From: Octopus sinensis
Taxonomy: Eukaryota
Assembly (NCBI RefSeq): GCF_006345805.1
Contig: NC_043014.1
Location: 21,390,001 to 21,454,000 of the forward strand
Direction: 5' to 3'
DNA length: 64,000 nucleotides
Within the stretch, counting starts at the first letter, position 1, and each line of letters starts with the position of its first letter. Under the pieces are notes generated by a model that saw only the letters and a list, made by a program, of their open reading frames with translations, had not been told where the DNA came from and did no database searches. A program made the translations under genes and the position numbers. Below are positions 40,501-53,307 of the stretch, one piece after another.

Positions 40501-40881
40501 GTCTTTTAGTTGGGTTTATTTCTTTTGTCGCTTGTTTTATTTGGAAATGTTTAATTTTGATTCATATATTTTTTAGAAAACCCATGTTTGTGAGGGAGTG
40601 TAAAAGGGGAGAGAGAGAGAGCGAGAGAGAGAGAGAAGGAAAATACGCAAAAAAGAAAGGCTGATGGTGTATGAAAGGGTAGGAAGGGACACATACATAC
40701 GATATAGAATATGAAAGGGGAATGGTTAGGGTGTGTTATGGTGGTGGTAGTGGTGGTGGTGGTGGTGGTGGTGGTGGTGGTGGTGGTGGTACCGCTGCTG
40801 TTACTGCTGACGGTGTTGCTGCTGCTATTGCTGTTGAGGCTACAGTCGGAAATGAAGAAGAAGAAGAAGAAGAAGAAGAAG

Positions 40882-40913
<32 letters not shown>

Positions 40914-40975
40914 GAAAGAAAGGAAGAAAGAACGAAAGAATGAAAGAAAGAAAGAAAGCACCCACCCACCCATAC

Positions 40976-41025
40976 CTCCCACCGTAAAAACACATCAGAG
41001 TTCTGTCATATTTTTCGTCTTCCAT
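40976..41025 (-). CDS. Candidate first coding exon of an unidentified gene (MEDEKYDRTLMCFYGG...)
   Basis: gtaATGG Kozak context at 41025 and GAG|GTATGG donor at 40976/40975, in a CpG-rich unique region. No homology recognised. Confidence 0.2.
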
Positions 41026-41510
41026 TACTGATTTTTGATATATTCAAGAAATGCTGCTGACATAAAAAGTTTGGGGTTTGGAAATTGATGTTTTAGCAAA
41101 TCTCCGCGGTCTGCCTCAGACGCTGTAGAGCGGGTAAACTGTTCCATTAGATATTGTTGTGTGGCCGGTTTGTTAAGGATATGGAGGTGACAGAGGCGGA
41201 AAGAGAGGCGGTCGAGGCGGCAAGACACAAGAGCATGATGGCTTGATGTCGTCGTCGCCGTCGTTGTCGTCGGCAGTAGCGGCGCTAGCCTTTATGATGA
41301 TGGCGTAATAGAGTCCGATGGGACTCTATTTACTCCACTAAAAAACCCATCCGCCACTGCAAACCTCGCCGCCTACAGCCATCTACGTTACCTTCCTCTA
41401 GTCCACAGCCACAATTGTCGAAGCTTGCTCCAGAAAATCTCCTTGTAAATAAACTCAAACACGCATACACACGGACTCATACACTCATAAACACACGCTT
41501 CAATATATGT

Positions 41511-41576
<66 letters not shown>

Positions 41577-41803
41577 AACATATATATGCATGTACACACA
41601 GGTGCGCGCATATTATACTTATGGTTATGCCTTAACCATAAATACTTTTTGTCCGCCAATGCGGTTCGATATTAACGTATATGTATGTATATATGTATGT
41701 GTGTACATGAATGTGTGTGTGTACATGTGTGTGTATGTAAGCATGTATATATATAATCTATGTAGATAAATAGATAGACAGACACACGCACATACAGACA
41801 GAA

Positions 41804-41903
<100 letters not shown>

Positions 41904-41996
41904 TATTATGTGTGTGTGTATATATCCATTATTAGCGACGAAAGTAGTATTAGTTCAACATAACATTCTGTATATCATATTTGACACAAATATACT

Positions 41997-42600
41997 GTTG
42001 AAAACCTTGAACCTGCGGTATTGATCTGCAGAAAGCATCTCGTATGGACCTACAGTGTTAACAAAGCACGGAAATGTTCCAGTAGCTGAAGAAAAGTCTT
42101 TAGCAGTTGTGATAGAATTGCTAAATATTGATATCAGCTACTTGCAGCGTCATCAGTAACAAGCATTCATTATCAACTGTGTTTTTTAAGTGTTGTACGT
42201 CCATACAAGATGGTTTCTTGAGACAAACAACTCGGTTTCTAGATGTTCAGCAGTATATCTGCGTAAAGTATGACACACAGATTGCTATTTTGAACTAATA
42301 TTTCCTCTGTCTCGAGTAACAAGTCTTTATCCAGTCTGCCTTGCTGTTTTTCTAAACCAGTAGATGTCAAATTGGTTAAATCTGTCTTGACATGCGGTAT
42401 TAGTGAATGCTTGCTACTGATGATGCTCAAAGAAGCAGAAATGCGTATTTAGCAATTCCACGAACACTGCCAGACATTTTTCATCTACTACTGCTACATT
42501 TCTAATGTTTTTATAACACTGTACGTCCGTACGAGATGTTTTCTCGAGACCAGTACCACAGTTTCCAGGTTTTCAACAGTATATCTGCGTTAAGTACGAT
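41997..42600. mobile_element. Decayed inverted and tandem pseudo-LTR copies upstream of the PLE at 42660
   Basis: 41997-42172 is inverted relative to about 42404-42580; 42196-42270 is direct relative to about 42521-42600. Confidence 0.65.
42412..42454 (+). ncRNA. Predicted minimal hammerhead (CUGAUGA core)
   Basis: TGCTA-CTGATGA-TGCT-CAAAGA-AGCA-GAAAT-GC-GTA-TT-TAGCA; same strand as the downstream PLE ORF. Confidence 0.6.
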
Positions 42601-42659
42601 ATTCAAAATTACATATATATATATGTGAGGATATCCATAAATTCTGTCGTAAGTTACAT

Positions 42660-43989
42660 GTAGAATTCTTCACTAATAAAAGTAATGAGATTGATGAATC
42701 CCTAGTAAAGAATAAATCAAATTTCACCCCACTAAAAGGAAGAAATAACTATCTGACTAATACATTAATATCCTGTCAAAATTTCCCCTTAGACGCAATA
42801 CTAATGTTAGGCCAAACATTAACAAATCTAATATGTCTGCACTTAAACGTATACAAAATGATCAAACAGTAATAATTAAACAAGCAGATAAAGGGGGATG
42901 AAATTGTTATGGATGCAAAATACTATAAGGATTTGGTTGAGGACACAACCTTCTATTATAAAATACCTTCAAATATAGACAATATCATGCAGATCACGAT
43001 AATAAAAGAGACTATATCACCAATTTTGAGTCCAAATCCAGCAACTTCTACGGCTTACCGAAAATACATAAATCAAAAGATATTCATCATGCAGTAAATG
43101 AACAAGAAAGAGAGTACATAAAATTACTGCATCCAAAAAACTTAAAACTTAGACCTATTATAGATGGTCCAGCATTCCCTACCCACCGTCTAAGCAATTT
43201 TATTGACATTGTTTTGAAACCACTATGTACCTACCCAGTTTCATCCAGGATGATATCGACTTTCTGTCTCATCTTCCCAAAACAACTGAAATGAATTCAT
43301 TTCTACTTAGTTTTGATATGGTAAGCCTTTACACCAATATTCCACATGATTTAGGAATAAAGGCGATACTGGGTAGAAAAAACATAGAGAAGTGATTCCC
43401 AACAGATTCACAGTGCCATTTATATCAGACACAGTCACACTTATTCTGAAAAACAACACATTCTTCTCCAATGGAAAGAATTACATCCAAATTAAAGGTA
43501 AGGTGATGGGAACGAGGTTTGTTCTCATTTTTGTGAACTCTGTAATGGGATATTTAGAACAACAACTCTACCAAGGAGTAGAGGAAAGCTATAGCACTGA
43601 ATTTAGAAAGTATATTGAAAATGCATGGAAGAGATACTTGGACGACTGCTTCATAACCTGGATAGAATTTCTAAATACTCTGGAAGAGTTCAATATCCTC
43701 CTGAACAACCTACACCTATCTCTCTAATTTACAATGGAGATGAGTAGTACCAAATTACCATTCCTAGATACTCTTTTATTATTTTATTCTTTTACTTGTT
43801 TCAGTCATTTGACTGCTGCCATGCTGAAGCACCGCTTTCAGTCGAACAAATCGACCCCAGGACTTATTCTTTGTAAGTCTAATACTTATTCTATCGATCT
43901 CTTTTGCCGAACCGGTAATTTACGGTTGTCAAGCGATGGGTGGGACAAACACAGACACAAACAAACACACACCACACACACACACACAC

Positions 43990-44025
<36 letters not shown>

Positions 44026-44801
44026 ATATATATATATTATATAATATATATATATATAATATATATATAATATATAAGACGGGCTTTTTTCAGTTTTCGT
44101 CTACCAATCCACCCACAAGGCTTTGGTCGGCCCGAGGCTATAGTAGAAGACACTTGCTCAAGGTGCTACGCAGTGGGACTGAACCCGGAATCATGTGGTT
44201 GGTAAATAAGCTTCTTACCACACAGCCACTCTTGCGCCTATATATACAAGATATATACTAGATATATTACCTCAAATATATACTATAAGCACACGGACAC
44301 ACATCAATACTTGAATTGCTCAAAGTAATGAATTAAAAGATATAATCATGGATCGAGCTATGGTTCTTAGTAAAAGACAGCACCTAAAAACTTGAAAAAA
44401 TTATTAACAAAGGCAAAGTTTAACCTTAGCAACAAAGACCAATCATACACTATATCTAAATGCAATGAAAGCCGTTGTGGCACATGCAAATTCATACATA
44501 CCGGCGAATATATAAACACAAAAACTGGAAAAATATTCGAAAGCGCAAATATTAACTGCAAAAGCAGAAATTTAATTTACTGCATCAAATACGCGAATTT
44601 GTGTCAGACTGGAAATGCACCATCAGCAAATTAGAGACCCAGATGTCCGTCAGATACCTTTGAAAAACCATCTAGCAACATGTAGTCGAAAAATATTTAT
44701 ATTTCCATTCCACAAACTACACAGTCCAGGTGAAATCGAGAGAAAAATAAGAGAAAAGAACTTCATTGATAAATTCCAACCCAAGCTAAATAAACGATAA
44801 T
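42660..44801 (+). pseudogene. Old Neptune-type Penelope-like element (RT + GIY-YIG), frameshifted, deleted and SINE-interrupted
   Basis: IIKQADKG, NFYGLPKIHKS, LRPII.GP, LLSFDMVSLYTNIPH, MGTRF, WKRYLDDCFI, LPFLD [SINE] YYKHTDTHQYL, KNLKKLLTKAK, CNESRCGTC, NLIYCI, EKNFIDKFQPKLN. Confidence 0.9.
43781..44240 (-). mobile_element. Full-length SINE family B inserted in the PLE RT
   Basis: Head (gtgggactgaacccggaatcatgtggttggtaa...cttaccacacagccact) and tail (cttttacttgtttcagtcatttgactg) both present, between the PFLD and YYKHTD codons. Confidence 0.92.
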
Positions 44802-44871
44802 ACTAATATTTAGAGGTACTATTTCTACTGATACGACCACTACCACTAACAACAAATGTTCTCATGATGTG

Positions 44872-45041
44872 TGCGTAGGAGTGGTAAGTAGCTTGCTTAA
44901 CAACCACATGGCTCTTCCGGGTTCAGTCTTACTGCGTGGCACCTTGGTCAAGTGTCTTCTACTATTGCCTCGGGCCGACCAAAGCCTTGTGAGTGAATTT
45001 GGTAGATAGAAACTGAAAGAAGCCCGTCGTGTATGTGTGGG

Positions 45042-45109
<68 letters not shown>

Positions 45110-45348
45110 ATGTATGTATGTATGTATGCGTATATGTTTGTGTGTCTGTGTTTGTACCCCCTACATCGCTTGACAACCGATGCTGGTGTGTTTACGTCCC
45201 CGTAACTTAGCGGTTCGGCAAAAGAGACCGATAGAATCAGTACTAGGCTTACAAAGAATAAGTCCCAGAGTCGATTTGCTCGACTAAATGCGTTGCTCCA
45301 GTATGGCCGCAGTCAAATGACTGAAACAAGGAAAAGAGCAAAAGAGTA
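44872..45348 (+). mobile_element. Full-length SINE family B
   Basis: ggagtggtaagtagcttgc...ccgggttcagtc...-(TG/TATG)n-...ggccgcagtcaaatgactgaaacaagg. Confidence 0.93.
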
Positions 45349-45477
45349 TGATGATGATAGCAGAAAAATACTAGTTAAGTCAAGAGAAAAGTCAGTAAAA
45401 ATAATCTTATTTGGGGTTTAAAGTTCTATTACCATTGCTACTCCTACCACCATCACCACCAACGACAACAATAATAA

Positions 45478-46095
45478 AGTTTCTCGATGACAAGCGCCAA
45501 CCTCTTGGCTAACACCTTGGCCAACATTTTCAAATCTGCATTGAGCAGAGTGATGGGCCTAAAGTTATCTATTACATACCCCTTGTTTGGATCTTTCTTC
45601 AGCAGCGTTACGGCTCCTCGGCTCACAAAACCGGGGATGCTCCCATTTTGCTGCCAGTTGCAGAACACTGCTGCCAAGACGTCTCCAAACAAGTCTGGCA
45701 TACAGCTCGTAGGGTAGACCATCCAAACCCGGCGATTTGTCCTTCGAGCATTCTGCCATCGCGTTCCGCACTTCGGCCGTCGTGATGGCACCTTCGCAGC
45801 CCTCTGCCTCTCTTGTCGAGAGTCGTGGCAGATTGTGCAGGAAGGCACTGAAGTCCACCCTACGTTCTCGCTCGCCACTCGTCCCGAACAGTCGGGCAAA
45901 ATGTTGTTGAAAGGCCTCACACATTTTACTTGGCTCGAGTAATTCGCGCCCTAATTCGCGCCCATGTTCATCAGAGACCGAATGGTGGCTTTGTTGCCCT
46001 GTTGCGCCTCCGCCACCCGGGGCCTCTCGCGCGGCTCCAGCACCTTCATTTCTTAGAGTACGCACCCTAGCCCTGACAACACACCCTTCGTGTTT
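45478..46095 (-). pseudogene. L1/Tx1-clade LINE ORF2 fragment (pre-RT and RT N-terminus)
   Basis: ITTAEVRNAM...KSPGLDGLPYELY, frameshift, then AVTLLKKDP...NFRPITLLNADLKMLAKVLAKRL. Confidence 0.88.
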
Positions 46096-46096
46096 G

Positions 46097-46223
46097 GCGT
46101 AACTGGTACTTATTTAATCGACTCCGAAAGGATGAAAGGCTAAGTCGACCTCGGAACCTAACGGCAGACGAAATACGCTAAGCATTTCGCACGGCGTACT
46201 AACGATTCTGCCAGCTCGCCACC
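46097..46223 (-). mobile_element. SINE family A (internally deleted)
   Basis: aactggtacttatttaatcgac...ctaacgattctgccagctcgcc. Confidence 0.85.
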
Positions 46224-46321
46224 CTTAATATTAATAACAATCAGGAGGCGGATAATTCATGCATCTCGACTTTATTTCCTCATACGTTTTGGTGATTTAA
46301 TTATAATTATATTGATTAAAA

Positions 46322-46432
46322 CGAGACATGCAACATAAAGAATATTCTCCTTCTTCAGTTGTCCCTGTTTCATCTACTCCTTGCCTTCGAACCGTGGAGT
46401 AGATGAGACAGGGACAACTGAAGAAGGGGAAT
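46322..46432. repeat. Fold-back of the pseudo-LTR-like repeat (~58-bp arms)
   Basis: gagacatgcaacataaagaatattctccttcttcagttgtccctgtttcatctactcc versus ggagtagatgagacagggacaactgaagaaggggaatgttctttatgttgcatgtctc. Confidence 0.9.
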
Positions 46433-46569
46433 GTTCTTTATGTTGCATGTCTCGTTTCTCTGTTTGTCTTTTTCGTTGTTCGAAAAAAGTTCGTTTTCTA
46501 TGTTTTTGTTTTTATGTTTTCGTTTCTCATTGTGTTCAACGTTAATTTGATGTCCTATACCCATATATA

Positions 46570-47860
46570 CGAGGGGCGTTCAATAAGTAATGCCCCTGAC
46601 CCACTTCCCATAGCAGTAGAGCAACGAAACTTGGCACAGTTATTAGTCTTTTTCTACATAGGAACCACCCAGAGTTACGCATTTCTCCCATCGTTTGATG
46701 CAGCTCTGAAGACCGTTTCTGTAGAAGACACCAGCTTGGTCCTCCAGCCACGACGTGACTTCAGAAATCAAGGCTGCATCATCTGGGAAACGCTTTCCTT
46801 TCAAAAACAACTTCATGGCTGGGAAGAGGTGAAAATCAGAAGGTGCAAGGTCAGAAGAGTAGAGGGATGGGGGAGGAGTTCATAGCCGCACGCCTGTGCT
46901 TCTGATCTGGCGACACGCGAGTTGTGGACCAGAGCGTTGTCCTGCAGGAGGAGGATGCCTTTGCTGATCTTGCCCCGCCTCTTGATTTTGATAGCTTCTC
47001 TTAATTTCCTCAAAAGTGAAGCATAATAGGCTCCTGTAATTGTGGCACCATTTGCCAGGAAATCTGTCATCACTACTCCGTCCTGGTCCCAGAAGACTGT
47101 GAGCATGACCTTGCCAGCGGAGGGCTGCACCCTTGCCTTCTTTGGAGGAGGGGAGTCACGGTGCTTCCACTGCATTGACTGGGCTTTGGTCTCTGGATCA
47201 TAGTGATGGACCCAGGTTTCATCCTGTGTAATCAGTCTTTTGAAAAATTTTGACTCATCTTCTTTGCACATCCCCAAATTCATCCTCGAGCAATCGACGC
47301 GTTCTTGCTTCTGGAAAGGCGTGAGCAACCTGGGAATCCATCTGGCAGACACCTTTTGCATATGCAAATGGTCATGAATGATAGTTTCCACAGACCCGGT
47401 ACTAATATTGACCTCATGGGCTATTTCGCGAATAGTTATGCGTCGATCTTCCAAAATGGCAGCCTCAACTTGACGGACAGATGCCTCATCAATGGCAGAA
47501 GGAGGCGACCAGATCTGGGAGCTGTTTCCACCGAGTTCCAACCATGTTTGAATTCACGATGCCAGCGTTTTACAAGGTCATATGATGGGGCATCATTACC
47601 ATAAGTTACTTTCATTTCATCAAAAGTCTCCCGTGGTGTGCGTCCTTTCAAATACAAAAACCGGATCACTGCTCGACATTCAACAGACTCCATTTCACAC
47701 GTGACTCATTTCAAACACCTGTAAATCAGAAACCACAATTAGTTTAGAGCTGTAATTTGCCACTTACTCTATAGAGATATAAGTAATTGCACACGCAAAA
47801 TTTCAGCTAGATCGAACAACTTCAAGTGGATCAGGGGCATTACTTATTGAACGCCCCTCG
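46570..47860 (-). mobile_element. Full-length mariner transposon (1291 bp)
   Basis: Perfect 30-bp TIRs CGAGGGGCGTTCAATAAGTAATGCCCCTGA (46570-46599 and 47831-47860); TA target duplication at 46568-46569 and 47861-47862. Confidence 0.98.
46643..47693 (-). pseudogene. Mariner DD34D transposase with two 1-nt frameshifts (~350 aa if restored)
   Basis: MESVECRAVIRFL...SGR [shift] PSAIDE...SARWIPRLL...ITQDETW...LLQDNA...LPHP [shift] YSPDLAPSDFHLF...YVEKD*. Confidence 0.95.
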
Positions 47861-47946
47861 TACATGTATATATACATATATATGTAGGTATGTACATATA
47901 TGTATGTTTATATGCATATAATAATATAAATAATATATATATATAT

Positions 47947-47989
<43 letters not shown>

Positions 47990-48072
47990 ATATATATGCA
48001 TATATACATACATATATGTACATACCTACATCTATATGTAATATACATTCATATATGCATATAATAATAAAT

Positions 48073-48168
<96 letters not shown>

Positions 48169-48240
48169 TATATACATACATATATGTACATACCTACATC
48201 TATATGTATATATACATTCATATATGCATATAATAATATA

Positions 48241-48299
<59 letters not shown>

Positions 48300-48305
<6 letters not shown>

Positions 48306-49450
48306 TATATACATACATATATGTACATACCTACCTCTATATGTATATATACATGCATATATGGGTACAGGACATCAAAAAACGTTGAACACAATGAGAA
48401 ACGAAAACACAAAAACAAAAACATGGAAATGAACTTTTTTTCAAACAACGAAAAAACAGAGTACAAGACATACAACATAAGGAATATTCCCCCTCTTCAG
48501 TTGTCCCTGTTTCGTCTACTCTGCGTTCGAAGGTAAGGACAAGACGCGACTTCGTTGAAACAATCCTTCCCGCAAAGCAAATTAAATAAAACTTGGGATT
48601 TTTGCGGAGGGGTAAAAGTGGTAACAAGAACAGGACAGTAAGAACAAAGAAGACAGTAAAAACAATACAAATAAAAACAATAAAAGATAGGACAAAGAGA
48701 ATAACACAGTAAAAACAAACGATGAGGGCTGTTAAGCCAAGACGACGGAAAAATAATTTTGAACGCATTGAGGAAATAGCTTATGAGAGGGACGGGATAA
48801 GCCGTCTTGTCTCGGTGAAGATAGCAGTTGGAAAGGTGGCTTCCCTCTGATCACGTGTCAGTGACGAGAGAGTCGAGGAGGAGGAGGAGGAAGAGGAAGA
48901 GTAAGAGATAGGGAGAGGAGAAGAATAGGGAAGGGTGGGAAAGAAAACCAGAAAGGATGAAGAACAAGAGAGGGAGAGATATAGTAGAGATAGAAGAGTG
49001 CGCATCATAATTATTAAGATAAAACTTACTTGGAAAAGGATGCGTGTCGTTCGATCATATAATAATATAAATAGTATATAAATATATGCATATATACATA
49101 CGTATGTGTGCATACCTACCTCTATATGTATATATACATGCATATATGGGTACAGAACATAAAAAAAACGTTGAACACAATGAGAAACGAAAACATAAAA
49201 ACAAAAACATGGAAATGAACTTTTTTTCAAACAACGAAAAAACAGAGTACAAGACATACAACACAAGGAATATTCCCCTTCTTCAGTTGTCCCTGTCTCG
49301 TCTACTCTGCGTTCGAAGGTAAGGACAAGACGCGACTTCGTTGAAACAATCCTTCCCGCAAAGCAAATTAAATAATATACTTATATTTATGTATTATTTA
49401 TATTATTATATGATCGAACGCCACGCATCCTTTTCCAAGTAAGTTTTATA
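48300..49450 (-). mobile_element. Non-autonomous LTR-like element (repeat - purine-rich interior - repeat, plus inverted terminal piece)
   Basis: Direct repeats at about 48340-48590 and 49120-49372; 49395-49447 (tatgatcgaacgccacgcatccttttccaagtaagtttta) is inverted relative to about 49020-49060; no ORF. Confidence 0.75.
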
Positions 49451-51571
49451 TATATAGGACAGACTTCTTTCAACCTGAAAGTATTATCTCACATTACAAT
49501 AGAGACGTAATACTGAAATAGTATAAGAGATAAGAAATAGCTCTGTGCTCGCAAGAAGTTGGAAATTTATGTGGCCCATGACACTGCATGGACCTTGGCT
49601 TTTGTATTTGACGACTGTTGCTTTAAGTATTTTATTTCGATTTTATGTATATATGTATGTATGTATGAGCCAATGAGGGAGACATCTACATGGTAGCTAG
49701 ACCTGGTAGAAATAGCAGCCAAATCTCCCTCAAAACACCCTACTGTCTTAATCCGATAACTCTGCCTATTATGTAGTTTGAATGAGAAACTTAACTAACG
49801 ATTAAGATTATTAACCCCAAACTTGGACAGTGTTAAGTAGTGGAGATGTTTGGTGATTGTATGTGCTGGTAACTTTTGACTGGTTTTTTTTTCTCAGTAA
49901 GGATAATTGATTGATAACGAATCTTAACACTATATATATACAACTTCAAGTGGAATCGGACATCATAAGAGAGTTAGAGAGAGGAAAGAAGAGAGACAGC
50001 ATAGCGACGGTTTTGGCTGAGTGTCATCCTGTACTCCCCTTGTTGCTAGCGAAATGGTATGTGCCGGCTGTCTGAGCAAACACCTTGGTTAGACCTAAGA
50101 CTTCTGAGAGGAATTGGCTAAACGGAAATTGTACGGAAGCCTGCTTGAGGAATTGTAGCTGTTATTCGAAGGTCTAACCATGACACACTCTGTATCATGC
50201 TGAATCTTTCTGAGGAATACACTGCCACTTACACTTTAAACTAAAAAAGTAGCAGTTCCAATGACCGAATAACTAGAGTGTGCGTCGTTGCGACCGACGG
50301 ATACCCATTAAGAAGTGCAGGGTAATTTAATGTTTATAAAGAAGATTAAAATCGCAGCATATTATTTGACCATATTGGGGTCGGGACGACTAAGTAATTG
50401 TTCATCACACAGGTAGGTAGATAGATGTGTGCGTGTGTGTGTGCGTATGTGTGTGTGTGCGTGTATGTGTGTGCGCGTGTGTGTGTGCGTGTGCATTAAC
50501 ACACGCATGCTTATATATGTATATACACATGTAAGCATTAAACACAAGCGAGTATAATTGGGTACACTTATATTGATGTATATGAGATGGATCAGTTTGA
50601 ATAATATATGGATGTGAGTGCATGTGTTATGTCTATACGTACTCTGAGTGTATGTGTGTGTGTATGTATATGTATGTATGCGTGTGTGTGTCTGCATCTA
50701 TGTCTGGGTACATGTGTATGTTCACAGCCTCATACGTACGTACTTTCTTATACAATACAAACACAAACACTTACACACGCACACACGCACAAACACTTAC
50801 ACACGCACACACACACTCACACACACACTCACACACACACACTTCCAACTAACAGATGTGCACGTGTAAGTGTGTTCTCGATCCACAAAGCAGCCGCGTG
50901 CGTCTTTCACCTGTGCACGTGTACTGAAACACATCACATATGGCCGAGTATTGACGATAGCTTAGCGCCAACGGTGAAACAGTCACATGTCGGCCATTTT
51001 AACAAGATGGTTTTTCGGCTGTCTTCGTCTCTTCATTTATTATTTCAAACCCTTAAGCACTTCTTTAATCTGGCGAACGTCGATATTCACCACAGGATCT
51101 TTGTCGTTTTCTCTTATATATCTTGTTAATAGTTTGTTATGGCATTGTTATTTTTTCGTTGTTAGTTCGTTATTTATTATTACATGTTGTTCCTGTGTTG
51201 TTTAGTTTTTTATTAGGTGTGACGTTTTTCGAAGTTAAACAAACAAAATATTTTATAACCCCACCCCGATTCAATATAAGCCACGATAACACCACCACTA
51301 CCATCGCTCTCACCAACACCAACTCCATCAGCAACAAGAAACAATTACAAGGCAATCAAATCCACCTGCAACAACGATGTCATCACTATCACCACCAACA
51401 TCACCACCCCCACACCACCATCACTGCCAGCACCACCACCACCATCATCACCAACACTATCATCACTAACACCACAACGGCCAACACCATAATTGCCTCC
51501 ACCACCACCAACGATTGCAAGAAAAAATCTTCATTCTTCTCTTCCTCTGTCTTTCTCTTTGATATTTTAAA

Positions 51572-51733
51572 CGCAGGCATGGACGGCTTTGTGGTAAGAA
51601 GTTTGCTTCCCAACCACATGGTTCCGGGTTCAGTCCCAATGCGTGGCACGTTGGGCATGTGTCATCTATTATAGCCTCAGGCCGACCAAAGCCTTGTCAG
51701 TGGATCTGGTAAAGGGAAACTCAAAGAAACCTA
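51572..51733 (+). mobile_element. SINE family B 5' half, followed by an opposite-strand head at ~51760-51845
   Basis: gtggtaagaagtttgcttcccaaccacatggttccgggttcagtccc...ccgaccaaagccttg. Confidence 0.88.
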
Positions 51734-51845
51734 TGTGTGTGTGCATGTGTGTGTGGCGGGGGGTCAGCCCGATGCTATAGTAGAAGGTGCCACGCTGTGA
51801 GACTGAACCCAGAACCATATGGTTGGGAAGCAAGCTTCTTACTAC

Positions 51846-51940
<95 letters not shown>

Positions 51941-51941
<1 letters not shown>

Positions 51942-52236
51942 GTTCTGGTCTAACAACCCACCATGTTTGTTTTCGTTCGGTTTCCTTGTATGTCTCCACT
52001 GTTCTGTTTTTTGTTGGTACTTAATGGGAGCAATTGTCTTCGAAGACTCATTTTGTCGTTCAGTGCTCGAAATTAGGAGTAGATAGACAGCCGACAACTG
52101 ATGAAGGGTCTTTCTTTATGTTACTTGTCCTATTTTCCATTTTTTCACTCGTTGTTTGCGCATTGGACTAATTTATTTTTGTAGTTCATGTTGTTTACTA
52201 TTGGTTACGTCCTGTAACCATATATGCATATGTATA
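51941..52236 (+). mobile_element. Diverged copy of the repeat at 56420-56735
   Basis: ccatgtt.gttttcgt.cggtttcctt...gaagactca...gtcgttca...aggagtagatagacagccg.caactgatgaagggtctttctttatgttacttgtcct is shared. Confidence 0.8.
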
Positions 52237-52261
52237 TAAGCAGCAGAAAATTCAACAAAAT

Positions 52262-52299
52262 CTGTTACTCTGAGTTTCTCGTTGCCGTTCATCAGACAG
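52262..52299 (-). ncRNA. Predicted minimal hammerhead in 3' pseudo-LTR (sense to ORF)
   Basis: CTGT-CTGATGA-A-CG-GCAA-CG-A-GAAAC-TCAGA-GTA-ACAG; stem III ACTC-A-GAGT is palindromic. Confidence 0.7.
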
Positions 52300-53307
52300 T
52301 TTTTGCTAGAATGGAACATATATATTAATTCAATCTATACTCTTACAGACGCTACACCTTTAAAAAGAAATGGACTTGTTTGATTGGCCCTTTAGAAAAA
52401 ACGGTCAATCTTCGAGCGATAAACAAAAAGGTCAAAAATATATGTATATATATATAAAAAAACTTATAAAAATTATAAAATCCGAGGAAAAAACCGAGGA
52501 AAAAACCTATTGCCGTTAATGAAGACAGTACAAATTAATGCATAGAAATTAAACCTGTTATAAATACTGCAATACATATTTATATTAAAATCCACATATA
52601 TATATCAACATACACAAAAGGATGCGCGTAAACGCCATACATACATATACAGACGTATGAATATGAATCTAAATTATACACATAAAAGCATGTGTACATA
52701 TATTCACGCAAACCGTCTCGCACGCAAGCTAAAATTCATCTATGTAGCAATTCTCATATACTGAGCAAGGAGGGGGAACGAAAGAAAAGGAAAGAGAGAA
52801 AAAGGAACGAAGGAGGGGTGGGAAAAAACTTGTAGCGATATTATTGGCATCTATAGAGGCCAGTATACATACACAAGTTTGAATTGATACATATACATAC
52901 CGTCGTGTGTATGCGTGCTTAAGCACAAGCATACTTTCACTTACACATACACAGATACGCATGCTTACAAATACATATGCTTTGCTATACACAAACTTAT
53001 ATAAACATTCTAAATTTGACAACATTGCTTTTTTTAAAAAAACATTGCTTTTAAAAAATGGGTGCATTAATAAAAATATATACGAAAGACATATAAAATA
53101 AAATATAACATCCTATTTTGGGTCATTTATAAATAATCAAGGTAATATAAATAATCAAGGTAATCTTATGCAATACAATAACATGAAAACAAAGTTTGTA
53201 GGTTTTTCCTAATATATATGTAGAAACAATAAGACTTTGCTATAGGTCCGTCGTAGCGCTCAAGAGTCAAAATCAAAATCAAAAAATCAAAATACAAAAT
53301 ATATACT

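Noticed and set aside
39873-40664. 263-aa and 189-aa poly-Gly/Ala/Arg ORFs
   Set aside because: (GGC)n is stop-free in all frames; there is no other coding signal.
41181-41310. Two mini-ORFs on the plus strand coupled by TGATG, both ending MMA*
   Set aside because: About 21 codons each in ATG-rich low-complexity sequence; expected by chance.
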